The position numbers were made by a program, and so were the translations under genes. The notes beneath the pieces were generated by a model. The model ran no database searches. It was given only the letters and a program-made list of their open reading frames with translations, and was not told the origin of the DNA. From NCBI RefSeq assembly GCF_006345805.1, contig NC_043012.1, positions 56,792,001-56,856,000 of the forward strand: a stretch of 64,000 nucleotides of DNA, written 5' to 3'. Below are positions 63,582 through 64,000 of the stretch, one piece after another (the first letter of the stretch is position 1; every line of letters begins with the position of its first letter). The stretch is from Octopus sinensis. Its lineage: Eukaryota.

Positions 63582-64000
63582 ATATATATGTGTATGTGTG
63601 TGTATATATATAATATGTGTATGTGTGTGTATATATATAATATGTGTATGTGTGTGTATATATATAATATGTGTATGTGTGTATATATATATAATATGTA
63701 TATGTGTGTGTGTGTATATATATATATATGTATGTGTGTATATATATATTTATAATATGTATGTGGGTATATATATTTATAATATTATGTGTGTATATAT
63801 TTATATGTATGTGTGTGTATATATATGTGTGTGTGTATATATATGTGTGTGTGTGTATATATATGTGTGTGTGCGTATATATATATGTATATATGTGTAT
63901 ATATGTGTATATATATATGTATATATATGTATATATTATATATATATGTATATATGTATATATTATATATATATGTATATATATATATATTATATATATA
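63430..64000. repeat. Compound (TA)/(TG) microsatellite
   Basis: Read directly from the sequence. Confidence 0.95.

Noticed and set aside
895-63755. Numerous [20 protein letters not shown] ORFs and recurring [14 protein letters not shown] or RSEFKFRRGRLCLSSF peptides
   Set aside because: Microsatellite and SINE translations

Overview
This is AT-rich, repeat-saturated eukaryotic DNA. The tRNA-derived SINE families and dense (TA)n/(CA)n/(TACA)n/(TCTA)n microsatellites are typical of an octopus genome (inferred from recalled repeat families, not from a search). No intact protein-coding gene is visible, and nearly all listed ORFs are microsatellite or SINE translations. Contents: dozens of SINE copies from at least four families; three mariner-derived elements; two copies of an 8-bp-TSD MITE carrying (TTAGGG)n; decayed R4/Dong-like and CR1-like LINE fragments; two degenerate minisatellites; a ~0.9-kb tandem duplication; a 100-N gap; and a probable promoter/first exon near 62.9 kb. 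The main hidden signal is a set of short elements embedded in microsatellites that carry hammerhead-ribozyme motifs, as Penelope-like retroelement termini do. There are several minimal type I hammerheads with variant cores and covarying stems. Two copies (13110-13172, 13944-14006) have all three hammerhead strands in reversed order (NUH, GAAA, CUGANGA), i.e. a non-circularly permuted, pseudoknotted hammerhead. Several near-zero-spacer palindromes lie next to these elements. All pairings were read by eye and no activity is shown.
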